Below are positions 1 to 9,284 of a stretch of DNA of 64,000 nucleotides, in pieces. The position numbers were made by a program, and so were the translations under genes. The DNA lies in the IMG/VR virus record IMGVR_UViG_3300037110_000087, positions 1 to 64,000 of that record. The stretch is one strand, 5' to 3'. The notes beneath the pieces are model-generated. The model was not told the DNA's origin and searched no databases. It saw nothing but the letters and a program-made list of their open reading frames with translations. Position 1 is the first letter of the stretch. Each line of letters starts with the position of its first letter.

Positions 1-45
1 GGCCGAGGTCGATGCCTACGTCGCCAGCAGAAAGGGGCTGAGAAA

Positions 46-363
46 ATGACCAACTTTTCAGTCTATGATGACGTGAAGACCGGCACGCTGGTCTTCGCTG
101 GAACCTGCCCAGTCACGCACAAGCCGTGGAAAGTATTCGGCGTCAAGCATGCGGATTACGCCGCGTGGGTAGGTGGCAAGAAGATCCAGGATGTCATGCC
201 TTACCTTTCGGCTGATGACCGGGAACTACTGATCAGTGGAACCAGTAAAGAGGGCTGGGACATCCTGTTCAAGGAAGAGGATTGTGGCGGCGACGTGGAA
301 CTCGATCCACTCGATGACCCCGACCTTCTCGACCTTGACGAGAGGATCCACGATGAGCCTTGA
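46..363 (+). CDS. hypothetical phage protein, acidic C-terminus
   Basis: 105-aa ORF. The core GKKIQDVMPYLSADDRELLISG...GWD resembles small conserved phage proteins. GC-rich codon usage. Confidence 0.7.
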   Translation: MTNFSVYDDVKTGTLVFAGTCPVTHKPWKVFGVKHADYAAWVGGKKIQDVMPYLSADDRELLISGTSKEGWDILFKEEDCGGDVELDPLDDPDLLDLDERIHDEP

Positions 364-451
364 CCAGCCCGCCCGCTTCTCGCGCTGGCGACGAGAGCGC
401 GAAATCAACCAACGGCTTCGTGATGCGGGATTCAAGGTCGAAGACTGATAC

Positions 452-480
452 TTGTGCGGAATCTCTCCCTGTGGTATAAT
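452..480 (+). promoter_or_regulatory. sigma70-type promoter
   Basis: TTGTGC-17 nt-TATAAT with an extended -10 TG, 25 nt upstream of ATG 506 (RBS AGGAG). Confidence 0.7.
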
Positions 481-505
481 TGCTCAGGTTCTCTAGGAGA
501 AATCC

Positions 506-739
506 ATGACCAAGACCGCCGACAAGCCTCCTTTCATCCGCGAAGCTGACAATGTGCGGAATTTGAACTTCGACTTCCGGAACAACCTCAACACTCTGGC
601 CCAGATCCTGGCCAAGCTGAGCGGAGAGCCGCTGGACAGCTACATCATCGCCGTGAGTCACATGGGCAACATCGGTGTGAGCATCGATGGCGGATCTAAG
701 TGGTATCAGATCCTCAACCATGAATTCGGTCCAAGCTAG
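506..739 (+). CDS. hypothetical protein
   Basis: 77-aa ORF with promoter and RBS. Confidence 0.7.
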   Translation: MTKTADKPPFIREADNVRNLNFDFRNNLNTLAQILAKLSGEPLDSYIIAVSHMGNIGVSIDGGSKWYQILNHEFGPS

Positions 740-824
740 TCGAGGGTCTGGCTGCGAAGGGCCTCTACCTGGAGCCGGTGAACTCCTGGCTGCTGGCTTG
801 CTATCCGAAGAAATAGGAGAAGTA

Positions 825-1031
825 ATGGAAAATACATTGGGCATCTACATCAGGTTCGCTGGTTGGCAAGGTGGAACGCTGAGCCAAGCGATTAACCATT
901 TTAAATATCTCCCAATGACTGAGAAGGATCGTTTCATCAATCGCGCAATGCATGCGCTGGATAGCCATAATCTGGCAGATGTTGAAAATTTAGCCCTGTT
1001 CACTCGTATGCGCATTAGTGTCGGGAGTTGA
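825..1031 (+). CDS. hypothetical protein
   Basis: Internal ATG of ORF 687..1031, preceded by AGGAG. Confidence 0.5.
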   Translation: MENTLGIYIRFAGWQGGTLSQAINHFKYLPMTEKDRFINRAMHALDSHNLADVENLALFTRMRISVGS

Positions 1032-1032
1032 A

Positions 1033-1455
1033 ATGGCCAAGAAGAGGTTCATGGACACGCAATTCGTGGTAGTCTGCGATAGCCAGAAGAACATTGGCCA
1101 GATCCTTTTCTGGCATAACTGGTGCCAGGGTCTGTGGTGGTCCCAGTCTGTCGACAAGGCCACTGTCATGCCCCTTCGTAAGGCTGACGACCTGCGCCGG
1201 AAACTCAAATGGGACAATCCCAAGATTATGTCCCTGAGAGAAGCCAAAGAGATTTCCAAACGCCAGAATGCCCAAGATCGATCTGGTTACACCCTGTTCG
1301 ATCAGCCCGACCTTCTGGAAATGCTGGACACGCGAAGACAACTCAATCATATTATCATCGAGACTGCCCTCCCCCGGAACATTACCGAAGCTTGTCAGCA
1401 GCGGCTGGAAGGTCGTGGCTGGCAGGATGACGAATTCGGTAGCAAGGATTGGTGA
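1033..1455 (+). CDS. hypothetical protein
   Basis: ATG after GGAG in ORF 1018..1455. Confidence 0.65.
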   Translation: MAKKRFMDTQFVVVCDSQKNIGQILFWHNWCQGLWWSQSVDKATVMPLRKADDLRRKLKWDNPKIMSLREAKEISKRQNAQDRSGYTLFDQPDLLEMLDTRRQLNHIIIETALPRNITEACQQRLEGRGWQDDEFGSKDW

Positions 1456-1566
1456 TGACCCTTCTGATCACTGCCTGTGGTATTTCCTTCTGGTGCTGGC
1501 TGCTTTGGCTGGGCCGGGATGAACCTCCAGAGTCAGATACCGAGAAACAATTCTGAGGAGTGATCT

Positions 1567-2787
1567 ATGACTAAACTATCCGCAGTATTAACAAACCGTT
1601 TAATAGAAGGGAAATGGGAGAAACTGAGAACCTCAGGAAAACATCCCGTTTGGGAATACCCACCGAATGGGGAAACCTTCACCGTTCCTACGACCATCAG
1701 GGATGTGGCCAATAAGAGATCCAATTATTTAGCTGATATTCAGCGATTAGAGAACAAAAACCGAGAAATTCCACTCCCAGGAATTTCTATCAAAATTGTT
1801 TCTTCTAAACCGAAAGTCGCCTCTCTCAAACCAATCCCAAAGGTCAAGGCTGTTCCTGCCGAGGTTCCAATGAACACACTCTCCGAGGTTCCAATGAACA
1901 CACTCTCTCAGACTCCGAACAATCCTACCGAGACTCCGACCCGCACGGTCCCGGTCCTTGCCCCTGATGATGCTCCTTGGTATGTCTGGATCAAATCCGC
2001 AAGGGTGGCAGGTGAAATTAATAGAAGTGATCTGGCCCGACATATTGGTCAAATGAAGCATGAAGTTCCCTTCGCAGAATATAGCATGGCCGGAATTGAA
2101 GCAGGGACTCGTAAGTTCAGTTTATCTGAATTTAACGAATGGCTGGATTTTGTCAAAGTAACCCCGCCCATGCCAATCCCCCTCTGTGAAGGAAATGAAT
2201 TGATCGAGCGGGTAAAAATGAGTGAACGTCGAAGTGTCACTCCTGCTGCTTCTATCGCTACCTTTCTCAAGCATCTTGGACCCCTGTTTCCCAACGAGCA
2301 GAACTTCCTGGCCCAGCAGGTGATGGCTGCCTACGAAGCGAAGCAGGATGGGCATTGGGCCAACCCAGAACTCCGGGAGGCCCTGGATCTCCTCAACACG
2401 AACCCGAAGGGCTTAAATCCGAAAAGCCTTGGCACCATCCTGTCAAAACGAAGGGACCAGAACTACGATGGGCTGGTGCTGAAAGGAAACGGTGGTGGCA
2501 AGCAAGGAATGGTCTACAGAATTATCAGGATCTCTGATACCATTCTCCCCGCCCTGGACACTCCTGCTGTCGTTCCCCCGGTCGTCGTCATTCCTAAGAC
2601 GGAAGTTATTGAAGATCAAGGGAAATATTCTCTCGTCCAGAAACTGTTTTCACGTTATGCAGAATTGAATACCATCATCAAATCTGCAGAAGCTGAACAG
2701 ATTGAACTGCGGACCCTCATCGACGGTCTGCGGAAGCTCTTTCCTGAAGATTTCATGAATTTCATCAACAAGGACATCTCATGCTGA
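1567..2787 (+). CDS. multidomain protein: HicA-like N-terminal domain, Pro-rich linker, XRE-like HTH, C-terminal coiled coil
   Basis: N-terminal WEKLRTSGKHPVWEYPPNGETFTVP resembles HicA (GxH...TVP). Central IKSARVAGEINRSDLARHIG...IEAGTRK resembles an XRE HTH. Confidence 0.45.
   Translation: MTKLSAVLTNRLIEGKWEKLRTSGKHPVWEYPPNGETFTVPTTIRDVANKRSNYLADIQRLENKNREIPLPGISIKIVSSKPKVASLKPIPKVKAVPAEVPMNTLSEVPMNTLSQTPNNPTETPTRTVPVLAPDDAPWYVWIKSARVAGEINRSDLARHIGQMKHEVPFAEYSMAGIEAGTRKFSLSEFNEWLDFVKVTPPMPIPLCEGNELIERVKMSERRSVTPAASIATFLKHLGPLFPNEQNFLAQQVMAAYEAKQDGHWANPELREALDLLNTNPKGLNPKSLGTILSKRRDQNYDGLVLKGNGGGKQGMVYRIIRISDTILPALDTPAVVPPVVVIPKTEVIEDQGKYSLVQKLFSRYAELNTIIKSAEAEQIELRTLIDGLRKLFPEDFMNFINKDISC
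1861..1908 (+). repeat. 24-nt tandem duplication encoding EVPMNTLS x2
   Basis: gaggttccaatgaacacactctc(c/t) occurs twice in tandem. Confidence 0.9.
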
Positions 2788-3026
2788 TTCAGTTCGAACT
2801 CCTTCATAGTGGCGAACCCATCACATGTGGCGAACTCGCTGTCACCGGCAAGGGTAAGGCTACCCTCAAAAGAGCAGGGAAGATCCATCTGGAGGTCAAT
2901 TGGCCCATCTACCGAGATCGCTATCCTGGTGAGGTACTCGCTTTCCATGTCAAGCAACTGAATGGCAAGACCAGATTGATTCTGGATACTGTCTCCGTGA
3001 CTGTTCCAGGCCATCCCCAGGAGTGA
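2781..3026 (+). CDS. hypothetical protein
   Basis: 81-aa ORF overlapping its neighbours in an operon-like chain. Confidence 0.65.
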   Translation: MLIQFELLHSGEPITCGELAVTGKGKATLKRAGKIHLEVNWPIYRDRYPGEVLAFHVKQLNGKTRLILDTVSVTVPGHPQE

Positions 3027-3298
3027 TTATGGAATTCCATAAACTCAGGGAAAAATTCCTGGTAGAGTCTGGTTTGATGGGCAAGGTGATTTGTATCACT
3101 TTTACTATTCCCGAAGAACGAACACTCAAAATTGAAATCGAATGTTATCCCCTCGATCGTCCTGCGCTAACAGTAGCCAGAGTCAAGAAGATCTTTGATT
3201 GCAAAAAGGTGATCACTGACCCCCGGTATAAACACCAGAGACACCAGAGATTCCTGGTCTTTTATGCAACATTCTCAGCAAAGGTAATTGTGGAGTGA
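3023..3298 (+). CDS. hypothetical protein
   Basis: 91-aa ORF, 4-nt overlaps. Confidence 0.65.
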   Translation: MIMEFHKLREKFLVESGLMGKVICITFTIPEERTLKIEIECYPLDRPALTVARVKKIFDCKKVITDPRYKHQRHQRFLVFYATFSAKVIVE

Positions 3299-3495
3299 CT
3301 ATGGAGTCGTCAGCAAATCCGACTGAGGAAACCATCCTCGAAAACGCCATTCATAAAAACGCTTTGGCTGCGCTAGAAAGTGCCGACAAGAAGTCTTTAC
3401 TTGCCCTGATCCGTTATGCCCGTAATATAGGCTATAGCGAAGGATGGAAGGAATACAGAAGGCTTAACCCCGAGGGGGCCAAAGGTGGAAACTAG
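3295..3495 (+). CDS. hypothetical protein
   Basis: 66-aa ORF in the same chain. Confidence 0.6.
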   Translation: MTMESSANPTEETILENAIHKNALAALESADKKSLLALIRYARNIGYSEGWKEYRRLNPEGAKGGN

Positions 3496-3712
3496 AATCC
3501 TCTGCGCAAAGTGTAGTGCGGTACTGGTGGCCAGGGAATATGGATCTAGCGGTATCTTCTGGGCCTGTCCCAACGGTCATGGTGGCATTGAAGACCAAAT
3601 CCGTCACGTGAAGAAGAAGATAGAAGCCAGGAGGAAGTTCCACGAGGAAGCCAAAAAGTGGAACAAAGTCCCTTGTCGCTCCAAGGTCAAATCTTGGGGA
3701 TATCCCTGTTAG
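3485..3712 (+). CDS. small zinc-ribbon-like protein
   Basis: CAKC...WACPNGHG. Confidence 0.55.
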   Translation: METRILCAKCSAVLVAREYGSSGIFWACPNGHGGIEDQIRHVKKKIEARRKFHEEAKKWNKVPCRSKVKSWGYPC

Positions 3713-4629
3713 TGCTTGGTAAAATTCTCCCAATCATAACGCTTAATTGGATAGCCCAGCTGCATCAAGTTGTTAACATTGGCACGATAACGTAGAATAT
3801 CCTCGTATTCTTTATACCCAATCATTCTTTCGGCGGTATCCATACCATGTTTAGCAATGAAATCTTCCCACCAATCAAGCGCTTTCTGCATTTTGGGGGG
3901 TTCTTCATGAATCCATAGAATCGTTCCTTCCGGAATCTTTAATGAGTGATCTTTAACGAACCATTCACCCTCATCATTATAGATTCTGCCTATCTTGGTT
4001 AGCGCTTTTAATGTGGCTTCTTCCACATCTATAAGGGTGAAAGGAACATTGGCATGACCGCGATTAGGTTCCATCCACGCATCTAAGAACCCCCGATAGA
4101 TAAAATCAGCCAGCTGTTTCACGGTATTAGACTTTTCTGGATGACTTCTAGCCCAAAAGGCCACATGCTGACCGGCCTCTACGTATTTTAGATCATAGTA
4201 GGCTCTACTATTAAAACTATCCATAGCTTTCATGACTTCATTAGCTACATTATGCAGTACATGATGTCTGGCTTGGGATGAACCATATTTGTCATCATAG
4301 ATTCGATAAAGAGCCAACAGATCCTTGGACACTAGATAAGCTGGATTATCATACATCACTCTAGACAGATTATTAATCGTAGTGGTTTCCCATCCTGGCA
4401 TCTGAAGAAATGCACCACGGCTACCAAACTGGCCGACGATTGACTCACTAGACGAAATTCCCCTAATGCCATCTAATTGTCTGGCCTTCAATTGGGCTAA
4501 TACTTCATCACACTTGGGTTGCCAATCTCTTCCATGTTGCAACCACGTGTCTATGACTACATAAAAATACTCAGGGACATCTTGCCCTGAGTATGATCTA
4601 GCAATTTTGGCTTTAAGCGTAAGCTTCAT
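3709..4629 (-). CDS. hypothetical protein with N-terminal MKLxLxAx[VIL] motif
   Basis: 306-aa ORF starting MKLTLKAKI. Confidence 0.75.
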   Translation of the reverse strand: MKLTLKAKIARSYSGQDVPEYFYVVIDTWLQHGRDWQPKCDEVLAQLKARQLDGIRGISSSESIVGQFGSRGAFLQMPGWETTTINNLSRVMYDNPAYLVSKDLLALYRIYDDKYGSSQARHHVLHNVANEVMKAMDSFNSRAYYDLKYVEAGQHVAFWARSHPEKSNTVKQLADFIYRGFLDAWMEPNRGHANVPFTLIDVEEATLKALTKIGRIYNDEGEWFVKDHSLKIPEGTILWIHEEPPKMQKALDWWEDFIAKHGMDTAERMIGYKEYEDILRYRANVNNLMQLGYPIKRYDWENFTKH

Positions 4630-4632
4630 GCC

Positions 4633-5013
4633 TTATTCTAACATTGGATTGGGCAGATCAAACTTAGCGCCTATATCCTTTAATCCATCATAAATCAAAT
4701 TGAAAACAATGCATGGTGGAATTTTATTCAGCTTGGGCTGGAAAGCATAATTAAACCTACTTTTGATGAGACTCTCTCTATCCTTCGATTCATGAAGATC
4801 GGCCACAAGTTTCCCAATATCCCTCGAACCGAACTTCTGAGTTCCGAGAAAACAAATATGATCATTACTCTTTCTCACAAATTCTAGTCTAGGAAGCTCC
4901 CAAGAAGGTTTGGCTTCTTCCAGAGCGACAGTTACAATATCTTCTCTTTCCATATAATCATCCTTGCCCCAGCCATGTTCCCATAACTTTGGTACAAATC
5001 CTGCTCTTCCCAT
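4633..5013 (-). CDS. hypothetical protein
   Basis: 126-aa ORF, RBS AAGGAG. Confidence 0.7.
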   Translation of the reverse strand: MGRAGFVPKLWEHGWGKDDYMEREDIVTVALEEAKPSWELPRLEFVRKSNDHICFLGTQKFGSRDIGKLVADLHESKDRESLIKSRFNYAFQPKLNKIPPCIVFNLIYDGLKDIGAKFDLPNPMLE

Positions 5014-5025
5014 GGTTTCTCCTTA

Positions 5026-6480
5026 TCAACCAAACGCGTTACCTTGAACTGCAAATGGATTAAATTCCCCTCCAATGGGGTCATTGAGGGTAGCAGCAGT
5101 CGTCGATGCTGCAGGGTTGTGTTCATCTACTTCGGTGATCCTCTGACAGGTCAGATCGAAGTTAGTTTGGAATTTGCTGACACCGATGTTTCTGCCCTTG
5201 GCAATTCTGATCTCTACCAGACCACCACCAGACTCCCACAAATCAGGACCCACAATCCACTTCATGAAGACGTCACAGTCGTCAATCAGACCCTTGGAGT
5301 AACGAAGATCCTGAGTCTCAAGGTTCAACTGCTGGCCGGTCACCATCACTACGCCCTTACCGTTGTAGGCTTTGCCAGCGATCTGCTTCAACTGTCGACC
5401 GATCGTCTTAATGCGCAACCAATCCGGATCATTATCATTACCAGAACTCATCAGGTTGATGTAGTCGATAATCACCACATCATACTCGTCCTCAGCAAGC
5501 TCCTTGAGTACATCCTCGCAGCGTAGTTCACTAAAGGGCTTGATAATTAGACGGTTCCCGCTCTGACTCAGATTAGTGTTCATCTTAGTCAGCTCAATAG
5601 TGGTGAGATCCCGGTACTGCTGGACCTCCTGGATCTTCCTGGCCTTCTCCTCTGGAGTCCGTTCGAATTCCAACAACAGGGATTCTGGCATTGAAATATC
5701 ACGGATCTTCTTGAATGGATAACCACCCCGAGCAGCTACGCATCTATGCCAGATCACTTCGGGCTTGACTTCACCGGTCAGATATAGGGCACTCACTCGC
5801 TGATTAGGATTCTCAAATAACATGTTCAGCATCATCTGAATCATGCCCATTGACTTACCATGAGAGGAGGGAGCGGCCATTACTACAAAGTCTCCTCTGG
5901 AAAACCCACCAGAAGCCTTATCAATGGTCCTGAAGCCAGTCCTAATATACTCGCCACTACCTGCCGTGGTGATCCGGTTGATGGCATTCTGTAGATCCAT
6001 TCCCCGGCCTAGACCCAGAGGAGGCCGATGGTCGATCAGGAGGGTACTGTTGAAGCTATCCAGCCCCACCATCAGCTTTGAACTGGCATCCCTGGCTCCA
6101 AGCTTACCCTCCTGGAGGTTTTCCAGGACCGGGGTAATCATAGTAACTAGGCTCTTCCCATTGTAATGATCTATTAATGGATCGGTGATGACCTCTAGCT
6201 GGCCCTCCGTCTGGACTGAGGGGACGTAAGCTAGGGCCGCGATGACCCCACGACTGACCTGGGATATACTTTCGTTGACCGAAAGGGCCTCAGGGGCTAT
6301 TAGATTAGGGTCGCCACTCCCCAACTGCTCTCGGACGTAAACGAATACATCGGAGAGGGTACTAAAATGCTCCGGGGTGAACCGGGTCATAATCCAGGTC
6401 TTGAGGCCCTGGTCACCATAGATTAGGGCCTTGATAACTACTTTTTCGATTTCAAACAAACTATACGGTGCTAAGGGCAC
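5026..6480 (-). CDS. dnaB: DnaB-like replicative helicase (divergent)
   Basis: Walker A AAPSSHGKS, Walker B VIIDYINLM, QQLN, DLRYS, KGRN; DnaB-like length. Confidence 0.85.
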   Translation of the reverse strand: MPLAPYSLFEIEKVVIKALIYGDQGLKTWIMTRFTPEHFSTLSDVFVYVREQLGSGDPNLIAPEALSVNESISQVSRGVIAALAYVPSVQTEGQLEVITDPLIDHYNGKSLVTMITPVLENLQEGKLGARDASSKLMVGLDSFNSTLLIDHRPPLGLGRGMDLQNAINRITTAGSGEYIRTGFRTIDKASGGFSRGDFVVMAAPSSHGKSMGMIQMMLNMLFENPNQRVSALYLTGEVKPEVIWHRCVAARGGYPFKKIRDISMPESLLLEFERTPEEKARKIQEVQQYRDLTTIELTKMNTNLSQSGNRLIIKPFSELRCEDVLKELAEDEYDVVIIDYINLMSSGNDNDPDWLRIKTIGRQLKQIAGKAYNGKGVVMVTGQQLNLETQDLRYSKGLIDDCDVFMKWIVGPDLWESGGGLVEIRIAKGRNIGVSKFQTNFDLTCQRITEVDEHNPAASTTAATLNDPIGGEFNPFAVQGNAFG

Positions 6481-6530
6481 TTCTTTTACTCCAGATGGGT
6501 GTGTATGTTCCTAACCAGGATGAGTTAAGA

Positions 6531-6818
6531 TCAGACCGGTGGGATAAATCCCTCTTCCAAGGCTCTCTTTCTGCAACTATTAGGAAAATAGACGGAATTA
6601 GCTCTGTCCTTTCCGTCCTTCTTAGGGCTGAACAATAATCCTCTTTCGGCCATTAGGTTAATCACTCCAGAGATATGGCTTTTATCTTTGAATCCAGCTT
6701 TATTGAAAATCTCTTTATTCCTTACAAAGATATCATTCCTTGAAATCCGATAATCGAAAGTTAGATATTTCGACCTCCAAAAGAAATCCAGGACTAGACT
6801 CTCTTCCATTATCAACAT
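6531..6818 (-). CDS. hypothetical protein
   Basis: 95-aa ORF. Confidence 0.6.
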   Translation of the reverse strand: MLIMEESLVLDFFWRSKYLTFDYRISRNDIFVRNKEIFNKAGFKDKSHISGVINLMAERGLLFSPKKDGKDRANSVYFPNSCRKRALEEGFIPPV

Positions 6819-6832
6819 CTAGAGATCTCCAT

Positions 6833-7264
6833 TCAGAGGCTAGGTAGTATTTGGTTCCGAAGTTCCATCAATAGACGTCCGAGATGGTTCATTCCCAACT
6901 CGTCGCAAACTCCCCAGTAAACGTCATTCCACGAGTTCCCTTCTTCCAGATAAGCATCACCTGTCCTAATGAGGGCATCCTTTAGATCCTGGTGACTAGT
7001 GAACTTATACCAAAGAATCTCCCACATCACCTGTAGTTTGACCTGATCCCAGTCTTCTCTAATCTTAATTCTGCGTCCAAGCTTCTTAGAGTCATTTGGC
7101 TCAAGATTCTGAAATTGCTTTCTGAGTTCCGTATCTGTAGTCTTCGCAGCCTGATAAGCAGCCTCGCTGTTGAGGTACATTAGACCCTCGTAGTAAATCA
7201 GACAGGGATGGTAAAAATTGGATAAGAACCGGTATTTACCATCAAATGAATCAATCTTTTCCAT
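6833..7264 (-). CDS. NADAR (YbiA-like) family protein
   Basis: FLSNFY, SEAAYQAAK, W..VK..VM..IL..KF, TGD..LEEGN.W.D.YWG, GMNHLGRLLMELR. Confidence 0.9.
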   Translation of the reverse strand: MEKIDSFDGKYRFLSNFYHPCLIYYEGLMYLNSEAAYQAAKTTDTELRKQFQNLEPNDSKKLGRRIKIREDWDQVKLQVMWEILWYKFTSHQDLKDALIRTGDAYLEEGNSWNDVYWGVCDELGMNHLGRLLMELRNQILPSL

Positions 7265-7514
7265 CCTGATACTCCTTTTTCATCTTGCTCAGCTGTTTCT
7301 TCTGCTCAGGAGTCAGTCGGGGGATTTTATATCCATCTCTGTCGCTAGGATGATAAGTGAGAGTCCAAGAATCATAGAACTCCTGGCTTTCCTTTAATAT
7401 TTCAATAGCTCTAGTAATAGAAGCTGCACCAGTACTAAAAGTGCTACCACCACCATAGGGTTCATCTCCCGTCCACATGACAACTTCAATATAGTATTCT
7501 CTTTTAAGTTTCAC
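7251..7514 (-). CDS. hypothetical protein
   Basis: 87-aa ORF. Confidence 0.65.
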   Translation of the reverse strand: MKLKREYYIEVVMWTGDEPYGGGSTFSTGAASITRAIEILKESQEFYDSWTLTYHPSDRDGYKIPRLTPEQKKQLSKMKKEYQDGKD

Positions 7515-7522
7515 GACTTCTC

Positions 7523-8209
7523 CTAAAAGTGCAGTTCATTGTTATCATATACCCCGTATTTGGCCGCCCAATCAGAGATCGCTTCAGCTATCTTCTGGTT
7601 AGATCCAAATTTATCCAACAGAATTTGATGAGCTGGGGTACCTTGAAGCCTAGGCGCGGTATTAAAATCGATCGCCCCCAAGTAAATTCCTTCTTCGGTT
7701 TTCTTAGCCACGAAATCAATGGCAAAGACAGCATTGCCTACTTTCTTACAAGCCTCTTCAATTTCTTCTTTGTTGAGAATTCCATCTCTTAGAGGACCTA
7801 GGTCACCATCACCACAGTTAGATTTCCAATCATCAGTGGACCAATGTTCAAACCAAGCTCCCTGCCCAGCTATAACGAAATAACGGAAACTTAATCCTGG
7901 AAAATCCGGAATATATTCAGAAGCGTAGCAAGAATCAACATCCTGAGGGAAGATTCCATCCTTTACTAAGAGTTTGCCCTCGCCACAATGAGCGTAGTTA
8001 TCTGTGTAAACCACCCAGGGTTTACATGGTTCGACGTATACAACTTTCTCATACTCTGGATGAACTAGACCAAGATCATCAAATAATCCAAACATAGCAG
8101 ACCGACTAACCTCCCACGAACCGACCGCGATCCGCTTGAAGACTAGATCTGATTCAAGATCAAACCAGCAGTCATAACAGTCATGATAATCAGTCTTGAG
8201 AGAGATCAT
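7523..8209 (-). CDS. possible ATP-grasp-fold protein
   Basis: C-terminal FAIDFV...AIDFNTAP resembles the RimK-type D...ExN motif; HCGEGK loop. Confidence 0.4.
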   Translation of the reverse strand: MISLKTDYHDCYDCWFDLESDLVFKRIAVGSWEVSRSAMFGLFDDLGLVHPEYEKVVYVEPCKPWVVYTDNYAHCGEGKLLVKDGIFPQDVDSCYASEYIPDFPGLSFRYFVIAGQGAWFEHWSTDDWKSNCGDGDLGPLRDGILNKEEIEEACKKVGNAVFAIDFVAKKTEEGIYLGAIDFNTAPRLQGTPAHQILLDKFGSNQKIAEAISDWAAKYGVYDNNELHF

Positions 8210-8212
8210 TGT

Positions 8213-8506
8213 TTAGATATTCTTCCAGCCGGAATCAGTGGCGATGAGGGAGACACTCGCACGGGGAGGGATCTCAGTCCCTAACATACCATCAATTCTT
8301 GCGTGTCCACCGAAAATCCCTAGGAGTGATTTACTATCATTCTTGATGATATATAATCTACCTACTCCACATCTACGAATGGAGGGAAGGTAAAAGAAAG
8401 CGTCGATATCACCTTTGTAGATGACGCAAACGTCGGTCAAATCAATCAAATAATCCTCAGTTCGCTCCACATAGCCAATTGCAACACCGATATTTAAAGA
8501 CATCAT
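8213..8506 (-). CDS. hypothetical protein
   Basis: 97-aa ORF. Confidence 0.6.
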   Translation of the reverse strand: MMSLNIGVAIGYVERTEDYLIDLTDVCVIYKGDIDAFFYLPSIRRCGVGRLYIIKNDSKSLLGIFGGHARIDGMLGTEIPPRASVSLIATDSGWKNI

Positions 8507-9156
8507 TTTACTCCAAGAATGGTGACAGGGACCACGCTGTCGATTGAGTCGATATAGAAGGCATGAGTGGGAGTGTTTCCTATTTTATCGAAAAAGTCCT
8601 GCGGGACCATGTTCGAAGCCGCAAAGATTCGGTAACTACTGGTCATCAGATCCGATACCGCACAGGATACCTGATTTGGGACGTCCTTGAGGATCGACGG
8701 GACCATTACCACATTCGGAGCCTCACCAGGATCTGGCTCGTTAATCAACTTCCACAGCACCGAACTATGCATATTGGTGATCCGGTAGGGCCGGGAACTC
8801 CTAGCATAAATGGTACTGCACATCATATGTTGAACTGTATATTCGAGCAGCTGCGCATACTTGATGTTGTCACAACAGAATAAGATGAAAGTGGAATCAG
8901 GGGCATTCACTCCATTTGGCTCCCAGGTCTTCACATATTCCTTCAGTTGATTCCACTGATTTTGTTGATCCTGGATACTCACCGAATAAAGAGGTAGACC
9001 CTTCTTCTTACCTTCCGCTGGCTTTCTGGTTATTTCGAATTCTCTGAATCTGACTTCATTGGCAAGAGAGCGCCAAAATTGCGCTGGCATTCCGGATTGG
9101 AGCAAGAATTTTTCATAGAAAGTTTTGGCTCGTTTGGAGTCGTTATGGTTGAGCAT
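8503..9156 (-). CDS. hypothetical protein, weakly reminiscent of a degenerate DnaC/IstB-like loader
   Basis: N-terminal LQSGMPAQFW; no intact Walker A. Confidence 0.6.
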   Translation of the reverse strand: MLNHNDSKRAKTFYEKFLLQSGMPAQFWRSLANEVRFREFEITRKPAEGKKKGLPLYSVSIQDQQNQWNQLKEYVKTWEPNGVNAPDSTFILFCCDNIKYAQLLEYTVQHMMCSTIYARSSRPYRITNMHSSVLWKLINEPDPGEAPNVVMVPSILKDVPNQVSCAVSDLMTSSYRIFAASNMVPQDFFDKIGNTPTHAFYIDSIDSVVPVTILGVK

Positions 9157-9283
9157 AGGGTTCCTTATCTTCAGTAACAGTAGGGACTCTTAGACAAGAC
9201 TCATCCAATCGATCAATTAGATCATACATACCATAACGGTTCAAGCGGTTGATCAGGTCAAAATAATCTTCGTCTTGGGTCAT
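9143..9283 (-). CDS. small hypothetical protein (46 aa)
   Basis: Read by hand as MTQDEDYFDLINRLNRYG...YAQP; fills the gap between the flanking genes. Confidence 0.5.
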   Translation of the reverse strand: MTQDEDYFDLINRLNRYGMYDLIDRLDESCLRVPTVTEDKEPYAQP

Positions 9284-9284
9284 A

